A stretch of DNA of 64,000 nucleotides from positions 1,122,197 through 1,186,196 of the forward strand of contig CAWHXY010000004.1 of the NCBI GenBank assembly GCA_963833575.1, read 5' to 3'. Made by a program: the position numbers and the translations under genes. Below the pieces are notes generated by a model. That model had not been told where the DNA came from. It made no database searches and saw only the letters and a program-made list of their open reading frames with translations. Below are positions 1-10,767 of this stretch, piece after piece. The first letter of the stretch is position 1. Each line of letters opens with the position of its first letter. Source of the stretch: Candidatus Bathyarchaeota archaeon. GTDB taxonomy: Archaea > Thermoproteota > Bathyarchaeia > Bathyarchaeales > Bathycorpusculaceae.

Positions 1-1
1 T

Positions 2-193
2 TCCGATACTGTCGTTTCAGCGATATTGTATGCTCTTGGCTTCATCGGTCTGCTTATAATTTATCAAAGTTCAAAGAGCGCCTATAAACCCAGGCAAGCT
101 TACATGATGCTAGTCATAGGGGTAGCGCTCCTCTTCTTATCGTACATATTCCTGGAAGGCGTAATCAATTTCAAATCAACATATCGAGGTTAG
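2..193 (+). CDS. Partial (3' end) two-TM membrane protein resembling the C-terminus of oligosaccharyltransferase subunits OST3/OST6/OSTC(DC2)
   Basis: Manual translation of frame 2: SDTVVSAILYALGFIGLLIIYQSSKSAYKPRQAYMMLVIGVALLFLSYIFLEGVINFKSTYRG*; two TM helices with a short basic loop; truncated by the window edge. Confidence 0.5.
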   Translation, partial: SDTVVSAILYALGFIGLLIIYQSSKSAYKPRQAYMMLVIGVALLFLSYIFLEGVINFKSTYRG

Positions 194-362
194 ACCGCGG
201 TCTAATCTCTTAAAAATCCCTATTGGCATCCATTTGACAAGCGGTTTTTTGATTCGTTAGTATTTCTTACAATCACCCAACTTGGCTTACATAATTTGTT
301 TTTCACGTACTCGAGCGACGTGTTGCCTTTCAGGCTTTAAATCTGCTTTTTTAAAGTTTTGG

Positions 363-881
363 TTACCAAGGGTTTCTTTTTAACTTCATTTTGTATGCCA
401 AGTAATTCGTGAATAGATGAATTGGTGGCGTTATCAGCAAAACTGTGACTGCCAACTCCCAGCTTATAATTGCCAAGGGAATCGAAAACACAATTGCCCC
501 AACCACAAAATCTACTTGATCGACAATCGGTAGCAATCCTCCAGGCGCAATACCCACTCTTCTCTTAATGAAAGCACCGGTTAAATCTCCCAAAAGTGCA
601 CCCAAAGGAATTAGCACACTAAACAATACTGGGTAATTTTGAAACCCAAAAACTAAGCCTTCGACTAACCCAACGCCTATACCAACAGCCCAACCGAAAA
701 AAAAGCCCCTAAACGTTTTGTTATTGCCAAAAATACGTTTTCCATCATAAAAACTCCTTCCGAAATCCATTTTGGATCCACCTCCGGCAAGTACTGGGGT
801 AGCGTTTGCGCAGTAGGCTGGAAATATGAATTTCAGTGCTGCAAAGATTAACAGTATTATGTCCATGAGGTTAACCATCAT
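363..881 (-). CDS. carS: CDP-archaeol synthase (DUF46)
   Basis: PAYCANATPV, DFGRSFYDGKRIFGNNKTFRG, GDLTGAFIKRR, PIVDQVDF and C-terminal KLKRNPW motifs. Confidence 0.93.
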   Translation of the reverse strand: MMVNLMDIILLIFAALKFIFPAYCANATPVLAGGGSKMDFGRSFYDGKRIFGNNKTFRGFFFGWAVGIGVGLVEGLVFGFQNYPVLFSVLIPLGALLGDLTGAFIKRRVGIAPGGLLPIVDQVDFVVGAIVFSIPLAIISWELAVTVLLITPPIHLFTNYLAYKMKLKRNPW

Positions 882-1579
882 TCGTGGAATTCAGCATCAG
901 ATATTCCTGTTTCGCCTATTTGTACATAACAGGTAGTTTCCTTCGGGTTTTTACGTGTTTGCTCAAGAACTACTTTAAGATTTTGAGGGTAAGTGGTAGG
1001 TTTCATCGAAATTATTGTATCAGCCCAGAATTTTAATACTCTAGTTGCAACTGGGGCAACAGAACTACTATTTTCGCTGTCAAAAACTGCTCGGACTTGG
1101 CTTGTTATTATAACTGGGATTTTACAGATTTTTGTTGTTTGCGCTAAAATAGCTAGTTGCCGATTTAACTCGCGATTAACGCTAAACGTTTTTCCAGCTG
1201 TCTCAGCGACTCTGGCTCCATACAACGATGTGAAAGTGTCAATTATGATTAAGCCAAAGTTTTTAGCTGTATATTCTTGAATACGATCTATAATTGCCGT
1301 TTGTTCTTTGAAATCTTTTGGTTTGATCAAGATAATTTGCTCAGCAACTTGGTCGAATTTGTCTCCTGAAAGTTGTGAGAGTCTTTTACTTGAAAAAGTA
1401 TTGTCACAATCGACAAAAAGGGTTTTATAGTTTTGTAATCCGCAATTGAGGGCGCATTGGATGGATAGCGTTGTTTTTCCAGTTTCGGGTTCACCATAAA
1501 TTAAGCTAATGCTTTCTGGTGAAATGCCTCCGCCGATATTGCTATCAATGCCTCTGCAGCCTGTGCTGATTTTAATCAA
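878..1579 (-). CDS. radB: DNA repair protein RadB (RecA-family ATPase)
   Basis: ISTGCRGID start, Walker A GEPETGKT, Walker B LIIIDT; lacks the RadA N-terminal domain. Confidence 0.85.
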   Translation of the reverse strand: MIKISTGCRGIDSNIGGGISPESISLIYGEPETGKTTLSIQCALNCGLQNYKTLFVDCDNTFSSKRLSQLSGDKFDQVAEQIILIKPKDFKEQTAIIDRIQEYTAKNFGLIIIDTFTSLYGARVAETAGKTFSVNRELNRQLAILAQTTKICKIPVIITSQVRAVFDSENSSSVAPVATRVLKFWADTIISMKPTTYPQNLKVVLEQTRKNPKETTCYVQIGETGISDAEFHE

Positions 1580-1657
1580 GGTTTCTCACGTCAACATTAT
1601 AAACTTGAACCTAGTAATGTTTTTGCACTTAAACGTATACTAGTAAGGTTTGATTTA

Positions 1658-2311
1658 GTGGAAGAAAAAGTTGCAGTCGCAACGGTAGAGGGAAAAGCTT
1701 ACTTTCTAATTGTTAATAAGCTGAGAGAACGAAGTATCCCATTTTTAAGTTTGGTTCCAGGCGATCATGTGGCTGCTGAAGTTAAAGTTGTTGTCACAAC
1801 TGAGACGGAGAAGCATTTAATCATACATTCCAGGAAAATAACCTTCCCCGGTGAGCATGGGTTGGATACTTTAATTGACGAAGTTGAGAAAATACTTCAA
1901 GGAAAAGAAGCATATGCAAAAATAATCGTCGGCATTGACCCAGGGGAAGCAATTGGGTTGGTAGCAATCGCTGACGGAAAAGTCATCGAAGAAAATAACT
2001 GTTTCAACAAAAAAGAGGTAATTGACACAGTAAGCAAGATAGTAAGAAACGTTAATTTTTCTGTGACAACTGTTTTGGTCAAAATTGGGAACGGTGTTCC
2101 AGTTCACAAAGATTTACTTGAAGCACTAGATGAAGCATTACCGCCAAAAATTGAACTAGAAGTTGTAAATGAAGCAGGAACAAATATTCCATTAAAAGAG
2201 AATAAACGTAGTCGAGGAATCAGACATATTTCTTCAGCGAAAAGGATCGCTGGAAGAACGGGGTATATTTTTTCAAGGAGAAAGAGAATTGCAACAAACA
2301 GTCGAATCTAA
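1658..2311 (+). CDS. RNase H-fold (YqgF/RuvC-like) predicted nuclease
   Basis: IIVGIDPGEAIGLVAI, VKIGNG and VVNEAGT motifs; overlaps the start of the downstream kinase gene. Confidence 0.6.
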   Translation: MEEKVAVATVEGKAYFLIVNKLRERSIPFLSLVPGDHVAAEVKVVVTTETEKHLIIHSRKITFPGEHGLDTLIDEVEKILQGKEAYAKIIVGIDPGEAIGLVAIADGKVIEENNCFNKKEVIDTVSKIVRNVNFSVTTVLVKIGNGVPVHKDLLEALDEALPPKIELEVVNEAGTNIPLKENKRSRGIRHISSAKRIAGRTGYIFSRRKRIATNSRI

Positions 2312-3380
2312 TAACACATTGCTGGTTGATGGTCCGGCATCAGTCCAAGTTGTTTTTGGGAAAGTTGAAGTGTTCGGTTTTCAAATAAAGATAGAGTCAA
2401 GAATTGTTGTTCGTGAAGCTAAGCGTCTGCCATTCTTTGTACGTGAAAAAGCAGTTTTTGACATTTCATTAGGAGTTAACGCAAGTATAGACAAAGTTGC
2501 AGGCAGAAGTACAATCCCGCAATCTTGGAACAAACCTATTGAAACAATTCTAAGCGCCCAAAAAAAACCATTAGTTATTTTAATTTTGGGTAAAGCTGAT
2601 TCGGGGAAAAGCAGTTATTGCACTTACTTAGTAAATAAGTTGGTTAACGAAAAATGTAGAGTTGCTGTTTTAGATGGCGATTTAGGTCAATCAGATATTG
2701 GTCCTTCGGGTACCGTTGGTTACGCCATAACTTCCAAACCTGTATCGGATTTGTATAATTTGAAGTTGGAGAATGCTTCTTTTGTAGGCGTTACGTCGCC
2801 GATATTGGCAATGAAAAGCGTGATTGAAGCGTTAACTGCAATGAAGGCTCAGATTTTAGAACAAGCGATTGATTTTGTAGTTGTCAACACCGATGGTTGG
2901 GTCGCAGGTGATGTTGCGGTGAGATATAAGATCGAATTAATTAACGAAATGAAGGCCGATCTCATAGTCGGTGTCCCGCTAGAAAATGAACTTGAGCCAT
3001 TAATCGCTAATATAGAAGGAACTCCAATAATTCTAGTTGAGCCATCCTCTTCACTCAACCCAAGAAATCCAGAAAAACGTAAAACCCTAAGGGACATGAC
3101 CTACACAAGATATCTCAAAGACGCCAAACTGCAATGTTACCCTCTGAGTCAGTTAGTAATTGAACCAAGAGCTTCGCTTCCAAAGAACCAAGAACCAGAA
3201 AAAGGACTGCTTGTCGGGCTATACGCTTTAAAGAACGAATTTTTAGGCATTGGTGTGTTACGTGAGATTAACCAAGTGCGAAAAGTCCTAAAAGTTCAGA
3301 CTGCAGTTTCAGCTAAACCGCAGAGGATCGTTTTTGGAAAAGTTTTTTTGAACATGAAGTTGCATGAAATTCAAGATTGA
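2289..3380 (+). CDS. Clp1/Grc3/Nol9-family polynucleotide 5'-kinase
   Basis: GKADSGKSS P-loop, DGDLGQSDIGP, VNTDGW and R-x3-R lid; N-terminal LLVDGPASV domain. Confidence 0.88.
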   Translation: MQQTVESNNTLLVDGPASVQVVFGKVEVFGFQIKIESRIVVREAKRLPFFVREKAVFDISLGVNASIDKVAGRSTIPQSWNKPIETILSAQKKPLVILILGKADSGKSSYCTYLVNKLVNEKCRVAVLDGDLGQSDIGPSGTVGYAITSKPVSDLYNLKLENASFVGVTSPILAMKSVIEALTAMKAQILEQAIDFVVVNTDGWVAGDVAVRYKIELINEMKADLIVGVPLENELEPLIANIEGTPIILVEPSSSLNPRNPEKRKTLRDMTYTRYLKDAKLQCYPLSQLVIEPRASLPKNQEPEKGLLVGLYALKNEFLGIGVLREINQVRKVLKVQTAVSAKPQRIVFGKVFLNMKLHEIQD

Positions 3381-5305
3381 TTTCTGAAGAAATTCTTGAT
3401 TTCATTGCCTAAGGCATTTCTTTCGTTCGGCAACGTTTTCATCCCATTGGTTATCCATGGAGGTAGGAAGCTTCGACAATAGCTTGTCGAGAAACGATAG
3501 TCCAAGAAAATTATGGCACCTCGATCATCAAGAGTCCTTATAGGTCTCCCTGCTGCCTGTGAAGCTTTTTTCATAGCTGGCAGCATATAACCATATTCTC
3601 TTCCAAGCCCGGGAAAACATTTATCGTAATAATCAATCTGAGCTTTCACCCTTGGTGTCGGCTCCGCATAAGGTACGCCTAACACTATTACAGAATTCAT
3701 TTGGTTGCCTGGAAAATCCACGCCTTCCGAGGTTCTTCCCCCTTGAACACCGAGAAAAACAGCGCCGCCTCGACCACCAAACGCCTTGAAGTCGGAGACC
3801 ATTTTCTCATTCGCTTTCGAAGTCATGCCTCTCCGTTCATGAAATAGGGGTTTTTGTAAAGAATTCTCTAAACCTTCTGAGAGAAGCGCGTTCAATACTT
3901 CGAATGAAGCAGTGAAAATTCCAGTGTTGGTTGGGGTATTCTCTGAAACCTCGTTTATCCGTTGAATCATCGTTTGGTACATTGCCGGGGTTCTTTTTTC
4001 CATCGCGGTGGTAACTCCTAAACAAACAGCTGAGAACACATGTTCTTTTGGAAATGGCGAGGATACAATACATTTTACGGTGTTTTGTGGAAGTTTTGTG
4101 ATTCGTGCGTAGGCTTCCAGAGGCTGGAGGGTGCCAGACATTATAACGTTGGAGTAGGTTGATGCGAATACGGGCTCTGTGATTTTCGAGGGATCCAATG
4201 CTACTATCTGGAGTTTTGTCGTCTTATTTTTTTCTTTGTTTAGATATCGGCTTGCAACGTTTATGAATGAGTTGTCGCCTAATGTGTCGACCCATTTGAG
4301 TAGAAAATCTCCCATCGCGTGGATATAGGACCTTGGATTCTTTCCTTCTGCTAGCAAACTTTTCTTAATGGCGCCGCCTGCTTCATGTAGACTTTCAAAA
4401 AACTCCCGGGGATTAGAGATGTTACCGTGCTTTTGAATGATTTCAATAATTCGATCCGGAGAAATTATCTCTTCCCTATAAACGTGGTCAGTTAATTTTT
4501 CAACTTCAGTTCTAAAAAATTGTGCAAAAGCTTCAATGTCCTTGTTGCCGAACCTGTTAGCTTCTAATTCTGCCTGTTTCATTACAAAAAGCGATAAGGT
4601 GCTGCCTGAGATGTCAACAGCTGTTTCGGGTAAGTTATGCGCCTCGTCAACGATTAAAATTACTTTTTGAAGTTCTGTCTCTATGTTTTTTAGAAAAGCA
4701 TTTCGAATTACGGGGTCAAAAACGTAAAGGTAGCTTAAGGCTACTACTCTAGCGTCAGATAGAGCGGATTTTACGAGTTCATATGGACAAATTTCTTTTT
4801 TTCTGCAGATTGATAGGATTTCGGATGCCATATACGGTCGAACTGCAACTTGTTGTTGAAGTTGAATATACTCGTATGTTCGTTCATCAACATGAGTGTA
4901 GTAAGGGCATCTGCTTTTTGCCTTCAGTAATTCGCAAACTTCCATTAACGATTTTGAGTCAAAAGCGCCTCTAGCAGCAAAAACGTTAAGGCACATTTCA
5001 TTGCGTCCGCGAATTGAAACTCCTGTAACCGGTTGCTGTCTGTGAATGGCTTTTAATTCTTCTATTACTCGGTCATGTTGCCTATGGGTTCGGGCCACGT
5101 AGAGTATCTTCAAATTTTTCTCCATAGCTACCGGTAAACAAGCAGAGAGAGCCGAGATAGTTTTTCCTAAACCGTTGCTTCCTTCGATGAGGACTGAACG
5201 TCTCTCACGAACAGCGTTATAAACTGTTGAGATAAATTCGTCTTGATGTGGACGTACGTTTGAATAGGGGAAATACTTTGTAACTGCTGATGGTAACTTA
5301 CTCAT
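3371..5305 (-). CDS. xpd: XPD/Rad3 Fe-S DNA helicase
   Basis: FPY..RPHQ Q motif, GLGKT, Fe-S cysteines, DEAH, SGTL, EGVDF and QAAGRPIR. Confidence 0.92.
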   Translation of the reverse strand: MSKLPSAVTKYFPYSNVRPHQDEFISTVYNAVRERRSVLIEGSNGLGKTISALSACLPVAMEKNLKILYVARTHRQHDRVIEELKAIHRQQPVTGVSIRGRNEMCLNVFAARGAFDSKSLMEVCELLKAKSRCPYYTHVDERTYEYIQLQQQVAVRPYMASEILSICRKKEICPYELVKSALSDARVVALSYLYVFDPVIRNAFLKNIETELQKVILIVDEAHNLPETAVDISGSTLSLFVMKQAELEANRFGNKDIEAFAQFFRTEVEKLTDHVYREEIISPDRIIEIIQKHGNISNPREFFESLHEAGGAIKKSLLAEGKNPRSYIHAMGDFLLKWVDTLGDNSFINVASRYLNKEKNKTTKLQIVALDPSKITEPVFASTYSNVIMSGTLQPLEAYARITKLPQNTVKCIVSSPFPKEHVFSAVCLGVTTAMEKRTPAMYQTMIQRINEVSENTPTNTGIFTASFEVLNALLSEGLENSLQKPLFHERRGMTSKANEKMVSDFKAFGGRGGAVFLGVQGGRTSEGVDFPGNQMNSVIVLGVPYAEPTPRVKAQIDYYDKCFPGLGREYGYMLPAMKKASQAAGRPIRTLDDRGAIIFLDYRFSTSYCRSFLPPWITNGMKTLPNERNALGNEIKNFFRNQS

Positions 5306-5972
5306 AATTTTCCCCTGAACTCCTTGATGGACAATAAATATTCACTGGGCACTCATGACATTTTGGATGTCTGGCTTTGCAGTATTTTCTGCCGTGTGCA
5401 ATTAATAGCAAATGGACTTTTAAGTAATCTTTCTGGTCAAATAATGATTGAAGCCTAAAGCGAACAATATCATAATCGCCGTTTGTGGATACCCAACCGA
5501 GCCGTTTCGATATCCGATTCACATGTGTATCAACTGGAATAGTGGGTTGGTCCGCTGAGAAAAGCAACACAACATCTGCTGTTTTTGGGCCAATTCCAGG
5601 CAATTTAGTCAGAGTCTTTCTTGCATCATTCAAAGGCAAAGACAAAATTGTTTCCAGGGAACCGCCAAATTTTTCCAGAATAATTTTTGATATATTCTTT
5701 ATTGTTTTGGCTTTGTTTTTATATAGTCCACCAACATGAAGGCAATCCTCAATCTTGCTTGTTTCCGCTTCTGATAATGTTGGAGGTGTTATCTCGAACT
5801 TGTCCGAGAGGTTTTTGAAGGCTCGCTCAGTGTTGTTGTCATTGGTGTTTTGTGAAATAATTGTAATGATTAAGGTTTCAAATGGGTCGTTTTTTGGTTT
5901 TACCAACTTAGGCAAGGCCAGACTTTTACATAATATTTGCAAGATTTCTAAAGCGTTAATCTGGACCGACAC
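5298..5972 (-). CDS. nth: Endonuclease III (HhH-GPD glycosylase)
   Basis: LPGIGPKTA HhH, PVDTHVNR and C-terminal C-x6-C-x2-C-x5-C Fe-S motif. Confidence 0.93.
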   Translation of the reverse strand: MSVQINALEILQILCKSLALPKLVKPKNDPFETLIITIISQNTNDNNTERAFKNLSDKFEITPPTLSEAETSKIEDCLHVGGLYKNKAKTIKNISKIILEKFGGSLETILSLPLNDARKTLTKLPGIGPKTADVVLLFSADQPTIPVDTHVNRISKRLGWVSTNGDYDIVRFRLQSLFDQKDYLKVHLLLIAHGRKYCKARHPKCHECPVNIYCPSRSSGENYE

Positions 5973-6199
5973 TTTTCGCCTTCACCGTATGGAAAATATT
6001 TGCCACAGTATTGATGTGCCAAGTTATAAATATCATATATGTGCAAAAACGCAGATTTGTTATGCACAAAGTGACATTGAATAAATCGTAATCCTTGAAA
6101 CGTTTTAGAAATGAAGTATTAAATCAAGAGGAAAGGTTTTTAGTGTAGTTATTATATGAGACTGTGAAAAGTGTATAGTGGAAAATTGAGGTTAACATT

Positions 6200-6928
6200 A
6201 TGTCAGTGTTTGCAGCCCCAGGAGCTTATGACCGTGCAATAACCGTTTTCTCACCTGATGGAAGGCTTTTCCAAGTTGAATACGCTATGGAATTAGTGAA
6301 TCGTGGAGCCACCATTTTAGGTATCCAATCTCCAGAAGGTTTAGTGCTTGGTTCAGAAGAAAATATTGAAGTCCTTGAAGAAGCAGGTTACTCGTGGAAA
6401 ATCTTCAGGGTAGATGACCATATTGGTGCAGCCATAGTTGGTTTAAGTTCAGACGCCCGAATACTCATTGATCAAGCAAGAATATACGCTCAAAGTAACA
6501 AACTAACTTACGATGAACCCATAGATGTAGAAGTAGTAACTAAACGTATCTGCGACATCCAGCAAATGTATACACAGCATGCAGGTGTTAGACCCTTCGG
6601 TGTTTCAATAATTTTCGGGGGCGTAGACAAAACTGGAACAAGAGTTTTCGGTACACATCCCAGCGGAACATATAGAGGATACAAAGCCACAGCATTAGGT
6701 GCAGGAAGAGAAACGGTTCTGTCAATCCTGAAGGAAGAATACAACGAAGACCTAACTTTAAACAAAAGCATCAAACTCGCAGTAAAATGCCTTGTGAAAG
6801 CCTTGGAAGCAAGACAGTTGCCGCCAAGAATAAAAATCGCAGTCATACCTGTAGCAACCAAGAAACTAGAAATGTTAAGCGATGAAACCGTAGAAGGCTA
6901 CATCAAAGAGCTGGGTTCAAGCAAGTGA
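6200..6928 (+). CDS. psmA: Proteasome alpha subunit
   Basis: [20 protein letters not shown] signature. Confidence 0.97.
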   Translation: MSVFAAPGAYDRAITVFSPDGRLFQVEYAMELVNRGATILGIQSPEGLVLGSEENIEVLEEAGYSWKIFRVDDHIGAAIVGLSSDARILIDQARIYAQSNKLTYDEPIDVEVVTKRICDIQQMYTQHAGVRPFGVSIIFGGVDKTGTRVFGTHPSGTYRGYKATALGAGRETVLSILKEEYNEDLTLNKSIKLAVKCLVKALEARQLPPRIKIAVIPVATKKLEMLSDETVEGYIKELGSSK

Positions 6929-6935
6929 AAATTCG

Positions 6936-7625
6936 ATGAGTGAAAAGTTCACCGTCGCACGCTTAACTAAAGAAAATGAACATTTCGAAATTCTGGTAAA
7001 ACCCCAAAAAGCATTAGACTATCGAAACGGCAAAATCGCGGGGATTTCGGAAGTTTTGGCTGCTGAAATAATCTTTTCAGACGCAAACAAAGGTACTAAA
7101 GTTTCCGAAGAGGCAATGCATAAAGCCTTCGGAACAACGGACTCACTAAAAATTGCGGACTCAATCCTGAAAAAAGGAACACTCCAACTTACCACTGAGC
7201 AAAGACGCAAAATGGTTGAAGACAAAAGAAGACAAATAATTGATTTTATTTCAAGGCAAGCCGTTGACCCGAAAACAAATCTGCCACATCCTCCACTTCG
7301 CATAGAGAATGCGATGGAGCAAATTCGGTACCCTATTGATCCCTATAAGCCAGTGGAAGAACAAGCAAAAGACATAGTGAAACTGTTGCGGCCAATTTTG
7401 CCCTTAAAGATAGAGCAAGTGACAGTCGCGGTGAAGATCCCTGCTCAATACTCAGCAAGAGCTTACGGAACAGTTAAAACTTTGGGCACTATTAAACGTG
7501 AGGAATGGCGTGGAGACGGTTCATGGTATGGCGAAATAGAGTTGCCTGCTGGATCATACGCCTCGTTGCTAAACAAACTTGGCGACGCAACTAAAGGAAA
7601 TGGAGAAGCAAAAATAATCTCTTAA
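6936..7625 (+). CDS. sdo1: Ribosome maturation protein SBDS/Sdo1
   Basis: [17 protein letters not shown] and [16 protein letters not shown] motifs; canonical position after psmA. Confidence 0.95.
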   Translation: MSEKFTVARLTKENEHFEILVKPQKALDYRNGKIAGISEVLAAEIIFSDANKGTKVSEEAMHKAFGTTDSLKIADSILKKGTLQLTTEQRRKMVEDKRRQIIDFISRQAVDPKTNLPHPPLRIENAMEQIRYPIDPYKPVEEQAKDIVKLLRPILPLKIEQVTVAVKIPAQYSARAYGTVKTLGTIKREEWRGDGSWYGEIELPAGSYASLLNKLGDATKGNGEAKIIS

Positions 7626-7638
7626 AAAATAAAATTGG

Positions 7639-8361
7639 ATGGTGAAATTAATGCCGATATTCTTTGAAAAAAAACAGCTTGTGACACCGGGAGAAATGCT
7701 CGCTGAAGGCGACTATTTACCGGGTGAAAATACGTATATGCAAGAAGGCAAAATCTACGCCCAACGAATTGGACTTGTAGATGCCGATAATAAAAAAGTA
7801 AATGTTGTTGCACTTCGGGCTTTTTATGTGCCTAAAATGGGTGACATTATAATTGGAACCGTTTTGGAAGTAGGATTTAACGGTTGGACTGTTGATATTA
7901 AATCACCCTATACAGCGCTCCTACGTGCATCAGATGTGTTAAGCAGACCCTTTAAGCCTCAGAATGACGAGTTATCAGCAGTTCTTAACGCTGGTGATTT
8001 GATTGTTGCAAAAATCGCTTCATACGATAGAGCACATGATCCACAGCTTACTGTTGGAGAGCCTGGGTTAGGAAAAATAACTCGTGGACAAATTCTTCAT
8101 GTGACACCCACAAAGATTCCTCGTGTAATCGGTAGAAAAGGTTCAATGATTTCAATGATAAAGCAGGAAACAGGTTGTCAAATCATTTTGGGACTTAACG
8201 GTGTTGTTTTGGTCACGGGAAAAACGCTTGAGGAAGAGGAACTTGCCATAACTGCGATCAAAAAAATTGAAGATGAATCCCATACAAGTGGCCTTACAGA
8301 TCGCATAACACAGTTGCTTAAAGAAAAGAAAGTTAAAGTGGAGGAAAATAAGAATGAATGA
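7639..8361 (+). CDS. rrp4: Exosome RNA-binding cap subunit Rrp4 (start possibly ATG 7651)
   Basis: S1 plus KH domains ([12 protein letters not shown]); operon context. Confidence 0.95.
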   Translation: MVKLMPIFFEKKQLVTPGEMLAEGDYLPGENTYMQEGKIYAQRIGLVDADNKKVNVVALRAFYVPKMGDIIIGTVLEVGFNGWTVDIKSPYTALLRASDVLSRPFKPQNDELSAVLNAGDLIVAKIASYDRAHDPQLTVGEPGLGKITRGQILHVTPTKIPRVIGRKGSMISMIKQETGCQIILGLNGVVLVTGKTLEEEELAITAIKKIEDESHTSGLTDRITQLLKEKKVKVEENKNE

Positions 8362-9091
8362 AAAAACTGAAAAATTAATCGATAAGAAAGGCATCAGATT
8401 AGATGGCAGAAAAGCCGATGAACTTCGACCTTTGAAGCTTCAGGTTGGCGTTTTGTCAAACGCTGATGGTTCAGCCTATATTGAACATGGAAAAAACAAG
8501 ATTTTGGCCGCAGCATTCGGTCCAAGAGAAATGCACCCGAAACATTTGTCTCAACCAGACAAAATGGTTCTGCGTTGCCGCTATCATATGGCTCCATTTT
8601 CAGTGCAAGAACGTAAATCACCTGCTCCTTCAAGAAGGGAAGTCGAACTTTCAAAAGTAATAAAGGAATGTTTAGAACCGGCATTGTTCTTGGAACTTTA
8701 TCCACGCACTGGCGTTGATGTCTATATTGAAGTATTGCAAGCTGACGGTGGAACACGATGCGCGAGCATAACCGCTGCTGCGCTTGCAATTGCCGATGCT
8801 GGGGTTCCAATGCGTGACTTAGTGGTGGGTTGTGCTGCAGGAAAAATTGACGATACCGTTGTCTTAGATTTGTATGATGCTGAAGACAAACTTGGTGCGG
8901 CAGATGTTCCGGTAGCCTATATGCCCAGTTTGAATGCAGTTACATTGCTTCAGATGGATGGTATACTTACGACTGACGAATTTGAGAAGGCAATGAATAT
9001 GGCCATTGATGGATGTAAAAAAATCTATGAAATGCAGAAGGAAGCGTTAAAAACGAAATATATGGTTGTTAAGGAGGAAGGTGAAGAGTAA
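8354..9091 (+). CDS. rrp41: Exosome exonuclease Rrp41
   Basis: [24 protein letters not shown] and QADGGTRCA RNase PH motifs. Confidence 0.97.
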   Translation: MNEKTEKLIDKKGIRLDGRKADELRPLKLQVGVLSNADGSAYIEHGKNKILAAAFGPREMHPKHLSQPDKMVLRCRYHMAPFSVQERKSPAPSRREVELSKVIKECLEPALFLELYPRTGVDVYIEVLQADGGTRCASITAAALAIADAGVPMRDLVVGCAAGKIDDTVVLDLYDAEDKLGAADVPVAYMPSLNAVTLLQMDGILTTDEFEKAMNMAIDGCKKIYEMQKEALKTKYMVVKEEGEE

Positions 9092-9882
9092 TGTCATCAC
9101 TTGTTACTCGGGTTAAACTAAAGCAGATTGAACAGTTAATCGAGAAAGGAAAACGCTTAGACGATAGAGGCTTACATGATTACAGACCGCTCAAAATTGA
9201 GCAAGGCTTAATTGAACGCGCTGAAGGTTCAGCTAGAGCTTTCCTTGGCAAAACCGAGGTTCTTTGTGGAGTAAAAGTTGAAACCGGAGAACCTTTCCCA
9301 GACACACCTAATGATGGAGTAATGACTGTTAACGCAGAGCTTGTTCCATTAGCTTCGCCGAATTTTGAGCCCGGACCACCAGGCGAAGACTCGGTTGAAT
9401 TAGCAAGAGTTGTTGACAGGGGAATACGTGAATCACATGCTATTGACACTGAAAAACTGTGCATTGAACCAGGCAAGAAAGTCTTTGTTGTCTTTGTCGA
9501 TGTCTACGTATTAAATCATGATGGAAACTTGATTGATTGCTCTGCTTTAGCTGCCATGTCTGCTTTGATGAACACCAAAATGCCTAACTACGAGTTTAAG
9601 GATGGGGAACTGAAGATGAAGCAAGGATACGTTCCATTACCGATGAAAAGTCACCCCGTAACAGTTACCATGGGCAAAATCAGCAATAATCTAATTGTTG
9701 ATCCTTGGATTGAAGAAGAGCAAGTAATGGACTCACGAATATCAATGGCAATCAATGACGACAATAACATATGCGCTATACAGAAAGGCGGCTCAGGCTA
9801 TTTTACACCGCAACAGATTTTAGAAGCATCAAAGATTGCTCAAGAGAAATCTGCGGAAATACGCAAAAAACTTAATTGGTGA
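9091..9882 (+). CDS. rrp42: Exosome subunit Rrp42
   Basis: PFPDTP, FEPGPP and ELARVVDRGIRES motifs. Confidence 0.97.
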   Translation: MSSLVTRVKLKQIEQLIEKGKRLDDRGLHDYRPLKIEQGLIERAEGSARAFLGKTEVLCGVKVETGEPFPDTPNDGVMTVNAELVPLASPNFEPGPPGEDSVELARVVDRGIRESHAIDTEKLCIEPGKKVFVVFVDVYVLNHDGNLIDCSALAAMSALMNTKMPNYEFKDGELKMKQGYVPLPMKSHPVTVTMGKISNNLIVDPWIEEEQVMDSRISMAINDDNNICAIQKGGSGYFTPQQILEASKIAQEKSAEIRKKLNW

Positions 9883-10223
9883 AAAAAGTGCCCAAAACAA
9901 AGAAAGTAGGTCCAACTCGAGGTTTAGGACCACGCTACGGTTCAACAGTTAGAAAACGCTACATTAAAGTAATCACTGAACTCAAAAAACCCCACAAATG
10001 CCCAAACTGTGGCTTCGTACGGGTAAAACGTGAAAGCGTCGGCATCTGGAAATGCAGTAAATGCAGTTTCACTTTTGCTGGCGGAGCATATACTCCAGTA
10101 ACTAAATTAGGAGTTGTTGCTAAGCGTGCAGCTAAAGGGTTGCCAGTAGAGGAAGCTACTAAAGAAGCGGCGAAAGCTGAATCTGAATCAGTTGAAGCGG
10201 TAACTGAAGAAGAAACCGACTAA
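9876..10223 (+). CDS. rpl37ae: 50S ribosomal protein L37Ae (eL43) with acidic C-terminal extension
   Basis: KKVGPTRGLGPRYG, CPNC..GIWKCSKC..FAGGAY. Confidence 0.95.
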   Translation: MVKKVPKTKKVGPTRGLGPRYGSTVRKRYIKVITELKKPHKCPNCGFVRVKRESVGIWKCSKCSFTFAGGAYTPVTKLGVVAKRAAKGLPVEEATKEAAKAESESVEAVTEEETD

Positions 10224-10380
10224 ACTTTCTTTTCTTTAATTTATTTTTTGTTTGAGTATTTTTTTTGCAAAGTAGAACTATTTTGAGTTTTTGTTAGAGA
10301 ACAGCAACAGTTGAATTGCGCGATTTTCTGAACAGTTTGGATTAGATTGCTTTTTTGAATCAAAGCTTAAATCATCTGCA

Positions 10381-10450
10381 AATAGGGACATTATTAGACA
10401 ATTTTAGACAAAATTAGACAATATTAGACATTATTAGACAAAATTAGACA
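10381..10450. repeat. Tandem array with 10-bp period, consensus WWWTTAGACA; six good copies plus one degenerate
   Basis: aatagggaca ttattagaca attttagaca aaattagaca atattagaca ttattagaca aaattagaca. Confidence 0.9.
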
Positions 10451-10767
10451 ATAGATAACTTTAAAACCTAAAAATGCTCTCCAAGAGAACAACACTCATT
10501 CTTCGATTTTCTTTTTTTGAGGTTCGAAGGTCAATAGAGCGTAGAACCAGTTTAAAATCATACCATTCAGTCAATTGTTCAGCCGAACGGCTGTAACCCA
10601 ATATAATGCTGCTTCTCTCTGTTCTTGCGGCACCTGCGGGTACCGTTAAATAATCATCAGAAATGGCAGATTAGCGACGGAGGTAAATGTTCCCACGGAT
10701 TTTTCCCGAGCCTTCACAAGTCAGCAATCTTAAACTGTTATTATGTTCTATACTACTCTGTTACCAA

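Noticed and set aside
220-340. Minus-strand peptide containing PSWVIVRNTN, reminiscent of L39e
   Set aside because: Lacks the rest of the L39e pattern; chance similarity
10381-10450. Possible CRISPR array
   Set aside because: 10-bp units without unique spacers, and no cas genes in the window
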